Shown: positions 31,682-40,406 of the stretch, piece by piece | Position numbering within the stretch: position 1 is the first letter of the stretch | Layout of the letters: each line of letters begins with the position of its first letter | Source: an uncultured Chloroflexia bacterium | GTDB lineage: Bacteria; Chloroflexota; Limnocylindria; QHBO01 | DNA length: 64,000 nt | Reading direction: 5' to 3' | Assembly (NCBI GenBank): GCA_963704115.1 | Contig: CAVPGY010000002.1 | Coordinates: forward strand, 310,132 to 374,131 | Translations under genes and position numbers: made by a program | Notes under the pieces: generated by a model | Told to the model about the DNA's origin: nothing | Databases searched by the model: none | The model's input: only the letters and a program-made list of their open reading frames with translations

Positions 31682-33109
31682 CCGGAGCCCGACCGCCGTC
31701 TCCCGGCGCACCGCTCGAGCCGGATCCGATGCTCGGCCATACGCTGGCCGGCCGCTACCGTATCGAGGCGCTCGTGGCGCGGGGCGGGATGGCCCGCGTG
31801 TACCGCTCTCACGACGAGCGGCTCGATCGCATGGTCGCGGTGAAGGTGCTCGCTCCGCCGTATAGCGACGACCCCGGGTTCACCGACCGCTTCCTCGGCG
31901 AGGCTCGTGCCGCGGCATCGATCTCTCATCCCAACCTCGTCCACGTCTATGACTCCGGAAGTGACGGCGGCTCCCACTACATCGTGATGGAGCTGCTCGA
32001 TCGTCATCGCACCCTGCGCGACATCCTGAAGGACCGCGGCACGCTCCCGGCGGGCGAGGTCAGCCGCATCGGCCGGGAGCTGCTTGCCGGCCTGCGGGTC
32101 GTCCACGAGCGCGGGCTTGTGCACTGCGACGTCAAGGCGGCCAACGTGATGCTCGGACCGGGGCCCGCGAAGCTGATCGACTTCGGCATCGCGCAGCCAC
32201 CGCACCAGGCGCTCGCGGGTGAGACGAGCATCGGCACCCTCCAGTCGATGTCGCCGGAGCAGCTCCACGGTGAACCGCTGTCGCCCGCGAGCGATCTGTT
32301 CAGCCTGGGGGTCGTCCTGTACGAGTCGCTCACCGGGGCGCATGCCGTATCCCGGCACGACCCCGGAAGCGGTGAGCGCCGCTCATGCCGCGGCTGCGGT
32401 CGTGGCGCCGTCGTCGATCTTGCCCGATCTGCCGGTTCAGCTCGACGCGGTCGTGCTCCAGAGCCTGCGACGAGATCCGAGGGGCCGGTTCCACTCGGCG
32501 CTCGCCATGAGCCGTGCCCTCGAGGTGGTCGACTCCAACGCCACGGGCTCGGACGATGAGACGCGGGTCGTGCGTACCCCGTCGGCACTCATCGGATCCG
32601 AGCGAGGTGCGGCAGCGGGCTACGTCCCGCCGACCGTTCCCGATCGACCGCGGCCACCGCGCCCTGTTGCGGAGCCGGCGGCGCACGCGCAGGTCCGGTC
32701 TCGTCCGGCCACGCGACGGAGCGCTTGGCCCGCGTTCGGCATGCTCGCCATGCTGGCGGCGGCGGGGCTCGTGGTTGCCCTGGTGGTGGTCCCGCTGCTC
32801 GGTCTCGGGATCGACGGCGGTGGCCGCGGCGACAGCCCCTCGAACGAGCCATCGGCGGTGCCGACGATCGCTCCCGACGTCATCCCGACCACGGTCGGCC
32901 TGGCGACCGACGATGCGATCGCCCTGGCCCGCCAGACGGGGCTCAACTGGACGGTCCGCTGCAACCACGACGAGAGCAGGCCCGAGGGCATCGTTCACCA
33001 GGAGCCGGCGGCCGGGACGGAGGTCGCCCCGGGCAGCCGGTTCACGATGTTCTCGGCCCGGATCGACGACTGCCGGGGTGGCGACGACGGCCCTGGGAAC
33101 GACGGCTGA
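31678..33109 (+). pseudogene. Ser/Thr protein kinase with a transmembrane segment and a single C-terminal PASTA domain; one frameshift as assembled
   Basis: Motifs: VAVKVL, HCDVKAANV (non-RD), DFGIA and SPEQ. The G4 run at 32335-32338 shifts the frame between LYESLTG and RMPYPG. The PASTA-like stretch is VGLATDDAIALARQTGLNW. Confidence 0.85.
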
Positions 33110-33189
33110 GCCGGTCCAAACCTATACTCGCCGGTGGCGAGCGCCCCGGGCGTCGTCGGAAGCCACCATTTGAGAGGAGTCACCGCCGA

Positions 33190-34674
33190 ATGCGCCTGCG
33201 CGCGATCACCAGCCCCCCTGCCGCGGTCGAGGCCGACGTCCTCGCGGTGCCGATCTACAAGGACGACACCGACCTGTCCGGCGACCTCGGTGAGCTCGAC
33301 GCTGCCGCGGGCGGCGCGATCCGGGACGCCATCGCCTGGGGCGAATTCAACCTGCTCGAGCACGCCTCCGCACTTGTCGCCCCGGGCGACCTGCCGGTGG
33401 GGCGCCTCCTTCTCCTCAACGGCGGGCTGCGCGGACGCGGCTCCTTCCGTGCGCGGCGCCTTGCCGCCGTCGCGACCCGGCGCCTCAACGGCCGGGGGGC
33501 AGCGACCATGGCCCTCTGGCTCCGGGACGGCGAGGACGATGATGCCTGGACCGCAGCCGCCGCCGGGGCGATCTCGGGCACGTACCGGTCCACCGCCATC
33601 TATGGCCGGGTGCGCGACACGGAAGCGATGGAGCGATCGGTGGACGAGGTGCTCTTCATCGGTGCCGGCCAGGCGGCCATCGACCGTGGGGCCATCATCG
33701 GCGACGGGATCGCCTTCGGTCGCGATCTCGCCAACCGCTCGGCGAACGACCTTTACCCGGAGCGCATGGCCGAGATCGCCCGGGAGCTGAGTGAGGATGG
33801 CTGCACGGTGACCGTGCTCGACCCGAGGGAAATGGAGCAGCTCGGCATGGGGCTCATCCTGGGGGTGGGCCAGGGCGCGACGCACGGCCCGAGGCTCATC
33901 GCGGTCACGACACCGGGCTGGGATGAGGCCGATCCGGCTCGCCGGCTCGCCATCGTCGGCAAGGGCGTCTGCTTCGATTCGGGGGGCATCAGCATCAAGC
34001 CGGCCGAGAACATGGGCGACATGAAGCACGACAAGTCGGGCGCCGCGGCGGTCATCGCGGCCGTCCGGACCATCGCGCGTCTCGCGCCCGAGACGCCGCT
34101 GATGGCCGTCGCGCCGATGGTCGAGAACATGCCCGGCGGCAACGCGCAGCGACCCGGCGACGTGGTGAAGGCGATGAACGGCATGACCGTCGAGGTCACG
34201 AATACCGATGCCGAGGGTCGCCTCATCCTGGCCGATGCGATGACCTGGGCCCAGCGCGAGGGCGCGACCCACATCGTCGACATCGCGACGCTGACCGGAG
34301 CGCATGCGGTCGCCTTCGGTGACCAGGTGAGCGCCTACTTCGCACGACCACGCGACTGGGGGGACCAGGTCGGCGGAGCGGCGGAGAAGGCGGGGGAGTG
34401 GTTCTGGGAGATGCCCCTGGTGACGGAGTACCGGACGAGCTACGACTCGCCGTACGCCGACATCGTCAACTCCGGCAGCCGTGACGGCTCACTCATCAAG
34501 TCGGCCATCTTCCTGGCGGAGTTCGCCAAGGTGCCGTGGGTCCATGTCGACATCGCGGGCACCGCCTACCTGGGTGCGGAGAAGCCGTACGCGCCGAAGG
34601 GGGCGACCGGCGCCGGCGTCGCGGCCCTCGTGCAGCTGGCACTGGACTTTGGGCGGAGTGGCGCGCCGGACTGA
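33190..34674 (+). CDS. pepA: leucyl aminopeptidase (M17)
   Basis: Internal start MRLRAI. M17 signature NTDAEGRLILAD. Motifs: VGKGVCFDSGG and KHDKSGAA. Confidence 0.92.
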   Translation: MRLRAITSPPAAVEADVLAVPIYKDDTDLSGDLGELDAAAGGAIRDAIAWGEFNLLEHASALVAPGDLPVGRLLLLNGGLRGRGSFRARRLAAVATRRLNGRGAATMALWLRDGEDDDAWTAAAAGAISGTYRSTAIYGRVRDTEAMERSVDEVLFIGAGQAAIDRGAIIGDGIAFGRDLANRSANDLYPERMAEIARELSEDGCTVTVLDPREMEQLGMGLILGVGQGATHGPRLIAVTTPGWDEADPARRLAIVGKGVCFDSGGISIKPAENMGDMKHDKSGAAAVIAAVRTIARLAPETPLMAVAPMVENMPGGNAQRPGDVVKAMNGMTVEVTNTDAEGRLILADAMTWAQREGATHIVDIATLTGAHAVAFGDQVSAYFARPRDWGDQVGGAAEKAGEWFWEMPLVTEYRTSYDSPYADIVNSGSRDGSLIKSAIFLAEFAKVPWVHVDIAGTAYLGAEKPYAPKGATGAGVAALVQLALDFGRSGAPD

Positions 34675-34686
34675 AACGCACGATTG

Positions 34687-34714
34687 ACGCCCCGCCGGGC
34701 TGCCGGCGGGGCGT
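34687..34714. terminator. 12-bp GC hairpin between the convergent pepA and csbD genes; a bidirectional terminator candidate
   Basis: ACGCCCCGCCGG, a 4-nt loop, then CCGGCGGGGCGT. There is no clear U-tract. Confidence 0.5.
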
Positions 34715-34735
34715 ATCGGTCGGCCGGGTCGACGA

Positions 34736-34924
34736 TCAGCGGTCGCCGCCGACCGCGTCGCGAGCATCGTCCTTCGTCTCGCCCCACTCGTTCTGGAGCT
34801 TGCCCTCGACCTGATCGGCCTGGCCCTCGGCCTCGGTCCGCTGGTTGTCGGTGAGGTCGCCCCACTCCTCCTTGACCTTGCCGCCGGCTTCCTTGACGGG
34901 GCCCTCGAGGCGATCGCTGTCCAT
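34736..34924 (-). CDS. CsbD-family stress protein
   Basis: The 62-aa distal part of track ORF 34736..35599 reads GKVKEEWGDLTDNQRTEAEGQADQVEGKLQ. Confidence 0.85.
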   Translation of the reverse strand: MDSDRLEGPVKEAGGKVKEEWGDLTDNQRTEAEGQADQVEGKLQNEWGETKDDARDAVGGDR

Positions 34925-35123
34925 GATTCGGTTCCTCCCGCTGTGACTCCGGCAATGGGCCGGTCCCGGACGAATGCAAAGCAGAGCGCGTGCCAGTGGC
35001 GATTCGTCGCCGTACGCGGACCATCGGCCTATGGATGCGCCGTCGGATGCTCGTAGGATGCGTGGTGCCGCGACGCACCGGGCTTCCGGGGAGGCGGCAC
35101 AGGACCGGAGGTGGGTCGGACAC

Positions 35124-35762
35124 GTGACCCTGGCAGGAGTGGCCGTCGGCGTGGTCTTCGCGGTGATCGGCGCGGCTTCCGAGCGGCTGGCCAGCGTGTG
35201 GCCGCCGTTCGAGGCTCGTCGTCGCCCGCTGAGCTGGCGCACCGCCGCGCTGGCGACCGTCGCGGGCTTGGCGGCGGCCGCCGTCGCGACGCGGTCCGCG
35301 CTGCCGTGGTGGGCGACCACGGTGTACCTGGTCCTGCTCGCCCTGCTGGTGGTGCTCACCGCCACGGACCTCGAGCAGCGCCGGCTGCCGCACCTGGTGC
35401 TCGATCCGCTGATCGTGCTGGCCGTGGTCTTCGTGCCGTTCAACCCCGCGGTCGACCCGGTCATGGCGACCATCGGCGCCGTGGCGTCGGTCGCCTTCCT
35501 CGGCGCCCTCGCCATCGTGGTGAAGGGCGGGCTGGCCACCGGCGATCTGTATCTCGTGGCGCCCATCGGCCTCATGCTCGGCTGGCCGGTCATCTTCACC
35601 GCCCTCTTCGCGGCCGCATTCCTCGCGGCAGGTACCAGCCTGGCGCTTCTCGTCCTCCGGCGTGTCGGGATGCGCAGCTACATCCCGTTCGGTCCGTTCC
35701 TCGTGGGCGGCGCGGTTCTTGCCCTCCTCGTCGACGGCAGGGTGCTCGGCATCGGTCCCTAG
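35124..35762 (+). CDS. A24-family prepilin (type IV leader) peptidase, short form
   Basis: The two catalytic Asp contexts are TATDLEQRRLP and GGLATGDLYL. About six transmembrane segments are present. The GTG start at 35124 follows GGAGGTG, but the start is uncertain. Confidence 0.7.
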   Translation: MTLAGVAVGVVFAVIGAASERLASVWPPFEARRRPLSWRTAALATVAGLAAAAVATRSALPWWATTVYLVLLALLVVLTATDLEQRRLPHLVLDPLIVLAVVFVPFNPAVDPVMATIGAVASVAFLGALAIVVKGGLATGDLYLVAPIGLMLGWPVIFTALFAAAFLAAGTSLALLVLRRVGMRSYIPFGPFLVGGAVLALLVDGRVLGIGP

Positions 35763-35804
35763 GCGGATTCGACCGGCCCCCCGTTCACTGGTACCCTCCG
35801 CGCG

Positions 35805-38546
35805 ATGCATCCGGCTCTCCAGCGCCGCCGCCGTCATCTCATGATGACGAGGCGCACCACGCGTCGTGGATCACGGCGCCGTGGCCTCGCGACCTTCCTG
35901 CTCGTGACGCTCGGCGTCTTCGCCATGATGTTCGTCGGCTCGATCATGGGCACGGCCGGCGGCATGTTCGCGGCGTACAACTACTTCGCATCCGACCTGC
36001 CGGAGCCCAACATCCTCGACGGGATCGAGACCCCCGAGTCGACCTACGTCTACGATCGCACCGGCGAGGTCCTGTTGGCCCGCTTCGAGTGCCAGAACCG
36101 CGAGTCGGTGGCCTTCGACGAGCTTCCCGACACGATCTGGCAGGCGACGATCGCAAGCGAGGACCGCACCTTCTGGGAGAACAACGGAGTCGACTTCCAG
36201 GGCATCGTGCGCGCCGCGCTCGCGAACCTGGAGGCCGGAGAGATCGTCCAGGGCGCCTCGACCATCACGCAGCAGGTGATCGACTACGCCCGGGTGCTCC
36301 AGGCGGAGGGCGAATCGACGCAGGTCGACACCGGCGCGACGCCTGAACCGAGCGCGATCGAGGTGGACCCCGATGCCCCCGCGACGGAGGAGGGGTCGGC
36401 GCAGGACGACGCCGACGTCTGCCGGCCGCCGGAGCCGAGCAACTCAACGGACATCGAGGACAAGATCCGCGAGAACATCCTTGCCATGCAGGTCAGCTCC
36501 GCGTACCCGGGGCGCGAGGGCAAGGAGCAGATCCTCGAGACCTACCTGAACCTCATCTACTATGGCAACGGGTCGTACGGCATCCGGGCGGCGGCGGCCA
36601 ACTACTTCGGCCTCGAGTCGCTCGACGAGATGACGATCGCCCAGGCGGCCTTCCTGGCCGCGCTGCCGCAGGCGCCTTCTCGTTACGACCCCTACCAGAA
36701 CCCGAACGGGGAGCCGGGCAGCGAGGAGGCTGCCGCCGAGGCGATCCGCGAGCGGAACCTGGTGCTCGGAGCCATGCTCGAGGAGGGATACATCACCCGC
36801 GCCGAGTTCAACGAGGCGCGGAGCACGTCCTGGCTGGACATGGCCCCGGGGCGGATCACCAGCGTCTTGCGAGAGCCGCACTTCAGCTTCCGGGTCCGCT
36901 CCGAGGCGGAACGCATCCTGGCCGCCCTGGGCGTCGAGGATGCCGAGGCGGCGGTCCGCACCGGCGGCTATCGGATCATCACCACGCTCGACTACGAGCT
37001 CCAGCAGGTGGGCCATGAGCTGGTGCGCAAATGGGTCGCGAACCTCGCCGACAAGAACGTGAACAACGGGGCGCTCGTCGCGATCGACTCCGAGACCGGC
37101 GAGATCGTCACCTACATCGGCAGCGTCGACTACTACAACCGCGAAGATCCGCGCGTTCAGGGCCAGTTCGATGTCGCCGGCCTCGGCCGTCGTCAGCCGG
37201 GTTCGGCGTTCAAACCGATCACCTACGCGTCGGCGTTCCAGTCACGCGACGCGACGGTCAGCACCATGTTCGTGGATGCGATCACCGAGTTCGGTGTCGA
37301 CGGAGCGGCCTCGTATCGTCCGACGAACGCCGACATCCAGGAGCACGGGCCGGTCCTGGCCGTGGACGCGCTGCGCTACTCGCTCAACATCCCGTCGGTG
37401 ATGATGCAGTTCCTCGTCGGTTCGCCGACGACTGCGGAGTTCAGCGAGAAGATGGGAATCGCGACCTCCCAGTACATCATGGGCCTGGATCCGGGCCTGT
37501 CGCTCGCGCTAGGCTCCGTGCCGCTCAACCTGGTCAACATGACCCAGGCGTACGGGGTGTTCGCTCAGCAGGGCGAGCTGAACCAGAACACCACGGTCAT
37601 CGAGATTCGCAACAAGTTCGGCCAGATCGTCTACACCCGCGAGGACGACGCTCCCAACGCGACGGAGCCGATGACGCCGGCCGAGGCCTACCTGCCGCAT
37701 TGGATCCTCGAGGGCAACACGGATCCCGCGCGCAACCTGCTGTGGGGTGACCGAGCAAACCTGTTCACCGTCGAGGGCGCGCGCCGCCCGGCCGGTTTCA
37801 AGACCGGGACGACGAACGACTTCCGCGACGTCTCAGGCTTTGGCTATGTGCCGGAGAGCCTGGTGACCGGGGTCTGGATGGGGAACAACAACCAGGAGCC
37901 GATGTCGAACGTGCTCGGCCAGGGCCTGTTCAGCGCCGATGGTCCGCTCTTCCTCTGGAACGAGTTCATGACGCGGGCGCTCAACGAGCCGTGGGCGTGG
38001 AACGACCAGGCGCCCGTCGGCCAGACCTCGTTCGACCAGCCGGAGGGGATCGTGAATGCCGAGGTGTGCCGCTGGACCGGGCTCGCGAACTCGGGTCGCT
38101 GCGGCAAGACGATCACGCTGCCGTTCCTGGAGGGCACCGTGCCTCCGATCGACAACGTTCACCCGCGTGGCTGCCTCGACTTCGACCTGTACCTGGGCCA
38201 GGCCACACCGACCCGCCCGCCGAATTGGTTCGAGGCCGCCGAGACGTGGGCCAACCGCGTCGTGAACGGCCAGACCGGCGCGGCGGGCGATCCCGCCGAC
38301 TACCAGGAGGACGAGCGGGTCCGATTCCGGATCTCCCCGATCTATGGCGAGTCCGGCTTCCCGTCGGTCTGTGGCGTTCGCACCGCGCCCACGCCGGGCC
38401 CGAGCCCGACGGATGGTCCGGATCCATCCGGCGGACCGGCGCCCACCGAGCCGCCCGGCGGCGGTGATGGCGGCGGCGGTGGTGGTGGTCGGACCCCCCA
38501 ACCCATCTCCGTCCGGCGACGGTTGATCGGGCGCTCCGGTCGCTAG
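35805..38546 (+). CDS. class A penicillin-binding protein (transglycosylase/transpeptidase)
   Basis: 913 aa. The GT51 motif is EDRTFWENNG. The transpeptidase motifs are SAFKP (SxxK), YSLN and KTGTT. The C-terminal tail is Pro/Gly-rich. Confidence 0.92.
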   Translation: MHPALQRRRRHLMMTRRTTRRGSRRRGLATFLLVTLGVFAMMFVGSIMGTAGGMFAAYNYFASDLPEPNILDGIETPESTYVYDRTGEVLLARFECQNRESVAFDELPDTIWQATIASEDRTFWENNGVDFQGIVRAALANLEAGEIVQGASTITQQVIDYARVLQAEGESTQVDTGATPEPSAIEVDPDAPATEEGSAQDDADVCRPPEPSNSTDIEDKIRENILAMQVSSAYPGREGKEQILETYLNLIYYGNGSYGIRAAAANYFGLESLDEMTIAQAAFLAALPQAPSRYDPYQNPNGEPGSEEAAAEAIRERNLVLGAMLEEGYITRAEFNEARSTSWLDMAPGRITSVLREPHFSFRVRSEAERILAALGVEDAEAAVRTGGYRIITTLDYELQQVGHELVRKWVANLADKNVNNGALVAIDSETGEIVTYIGSVDYYNREDPRVQGQFDVAGLGRRQPGSAFKPITYASAFQSRDATVSTMFVDAITEFGVDGAASYRPTNADIQEHGPVLAVDALRYSLNIPSVMMQFLVGSPTTAEFSEKMGIATSQYIMGLDPGLSLALGSVPLNLVNMTQAYGVFAQQGELNQNTTVIEIRNKFGQIVYTREDDAPNATEPMTPAEAYLPHWILEGNTDPARNLLWGDRANLFTVEGARRPAGFKTGTTNDFRDVSGFGYVPESLVTGVWMGNNNQEPMSNVLGQGLFSADGPLFLWNEFMTRALNEPWAWNDQAPVGQTSFDQPEGIVNAEVCRWTGLANSGRCGKTITLPFLEGTVPPIDNVHPRGCLDFDLYLGQATPTRPPNWFEAAETWANRVVNGQTGAAGDPADYQEDERVRFRISPIYGESGFPSVCGVRTAPTPGPSPTDGPDPSGGPAPTEPPGGGDGGGGGGGRTPQPISVRRRLIGRSGR

Positions 38547-38556
38547 AATCCACCGT

Positions 38557-39831
38557 GTGTCGAGCTCGGTACTGACGCTCATCCTCGCAGGCGGCGAGGG
38601 GGAGCGCCTCAGCATCCTGTCGCAGGTGCGCGCGAAGCCCGGCGTGCCGTTCGGGGGCAAGTACCGGATCATCGACTTCGCCCTGAGCAACACCGTGAAC
38701 TCAGGTCTCACCGACGTCGGCATCCTGACCCAGTACGCGCCGCGGTCGCTGATCGACCACATCGGCGTCGGACGTCCGTGGGACCTCGACCGCAGCCGCG
38801 GCGGCGTCGCGTTGCTGCAGCCGTTCATCGGTCGCGGGCGCGCGCGCGACTGGTATCGGGGCACCGCCGACGCCGTGCTCCAGAACCTCGACTTCATCAA
38901 TGATCGCGCGCCGGAGCTGGTCCTCGTGCTGGCCGGCGACCACATCTACAAGATGGACTACCGCCCGTTCATCGAGATGCACCGCGAATCCGGCGCGGAG
39001 GTCACCTGCGCCGTCCGCACGGTGCCGATCGATGAGGCGCATCGGTTCGGGATCCTGGACGTCGCCGGCGATGGCCGGGTGACCGCGTTCATCGAGAAGC
39101 CGGCGAATCCGCCCTCGAACCTGGTGAGCATGGGCGTCTATGTCTTCAGCTGGCCCGCGATGCGCGACCTGTTGAGCCCCGATCGCGTCGACTTCGGGCG
39201 GGACGTCCTGCCCTGGATGGTCGAGCAGGGCCGTCGCGTGTACGCCTACGAGTTCGCCGGCTACTGGCAGGACGTCGGCACTGTCGAGGCGTATTGGCAG
39301 ACGAGCCTGGACCTGCTCACCGACGACCCCGGCATCGAGCTCAACGATCTCGGCTGGCTCATCTACACCAGGAGCGAGGAGCGGCCGCCGGCCCGCATCG
39401 GTCCGGACGCGAGCGTGAGCCGCTCGATGATCAGCCACGGGTGCGTCATCGATGGAACCGTTGAGCACAGCGTCCTGTCGCCGGGGGTCCGGGTCGCCGC
39501 GGGCGCCGTGGTGCGGGACTCGATCGTCATGTTCGACGCCGTGATCGAGGAGGGCGCCATGCTCGACCGCGCGATCCTGGACAAGGAGGCGCGGATCGGC
39601 GCCCGAGCCCGCGTGGGCGTGGGCGACGACCTGCGTCCGAACCGCGACGAGCCAGAGCGCCTCTACGCGGGCATCACGCTGGTGGGCAAGCGCGCGGAGG
39701 TCCCGAAGGGCGTTGAGATCGGCCGCAACTGCCGGATCGACCCCGCCGTGACGGCCGCCGACTTCGCCCGCCGCCGCGCGATCCGGTCCGGGGAGACGGT
39801 CGCTGCGAGCGAGGGCTCGAGTCGTTCGTGA
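38557..39831 (+). CDS. glgC: glucose-1-phosphate adenylyltransferase
   Basis: GTG start. Motifs: LILAGGEGERL, FGGKYRIIDF and the C-terminal left-handed beta-helix repeats. Confidence 0.9.
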   Translation: MSSSVLTLILAGGEGERLSILSQVRAKPGVPFGGKYRIIDFALSNTVNSGLTDVGILTQYAPRSLIDHIGVGRPWDLDRSRGGVALLQPFIGRGRARDWYRGTADAVLQNLDFINDRAPELVLVLAGDHIYKMDYRPFIEMHRESGAEVTCAVRTVPIDEAHRFGILDVAGDGRVTAFIEKPANPPSNLVSMGVYVFSWPAMRDLLSPDRVDFGRDVLPWMVEQGRRVYAYEFAGYWQDVGTVEAYWQTSLDLLTDDPGIELNDLGWLIYTRSEERPPARIGPDASVSRSMISHGCVIDGTVEHSVLSPGVRVAAGAVVRDSIVMFDAVIEEGAMLDRAILDKEARIGARARVGVGDDLRPNRDEPERLYAGITLVGKRAEVPKGVEIGRNCRIDPAVTAADFARRRAIRSGETVAASEGSSRS

Positions 39832-40406
39832 GTGCGACGGAGCAGGCGCCGCCGATCGACCGCTGGCTGCACGAGCTCGGGATCGCGGTGGTCGCCTCGA
39901 GCGGTGAGCCGGGGGAGCTCGCGCTCAGCCGCGACGTGGTGATCGACGGGCTGCGCCGCCACGACCTGCGAGTGACGGTGGCGTGGGTGGCCGGGGTCGG
40001 CTGCTCCCTGTGGGCATACTATGGGCTGGAGGCCATGGAAATTCCGAAGCGCATCTATGCGCGGATGCTCCGTGCCAACTTTGACTATCCCTTCGTGAAG
40101 TTCGCCATGACCGATGACGACCGACCGATGCTCATGACCGAATGGCCGACCGGCGCGCTGGACCGCGACGAGCTCGGCCGTGGCCTCGTGCGCATCTCCG
40201 TGGTGGCCGACCGACTCCTCGAGGAGACGGCGCACGCCGTGGCCGATCGTGGCGTCCTGCCGGACTGGAGCGATCGTGACAGCAGAAACGCGCGACTGAC
40301 GGCAGCCTATCGTCCGGAGGTGGAGGCCGCCATGCCGGCCTGGGAGCCGCCGCAGCCCCGCGCCCGGCGCCGCGGAATCCTGGCCCGTCTGTTGGGCCGC
40401 GCCTGA
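39828..40406 (+). CDS. hypothetical protein, tentatively YbjN-like
   Basis: The 192-aa ORF overlaps the glgC stop (GTGA). The segment YARMLRANFDYPFVKFAMTDDDRPMLMTEWP resembles YbjN-type proteins. This is a weak match made by eye. Confidence 0.4.
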   Translation: MSATEQAPPIDRWLHELGIAVVASSGEPGELALSRDVVIDGLRRHDLRVTVAWVAGVGCSLWAYYGLEAMEIPKRIYARMLRANFDYPFVKFAMTDDDRPMLMTEWPTGALDRDELGRGLVRISVVADRLLEETAHAVADRGVLPDWSDRDSRNARLTAAYRPEVEAAMPAWEPPQPRARRRGILARLLGRA

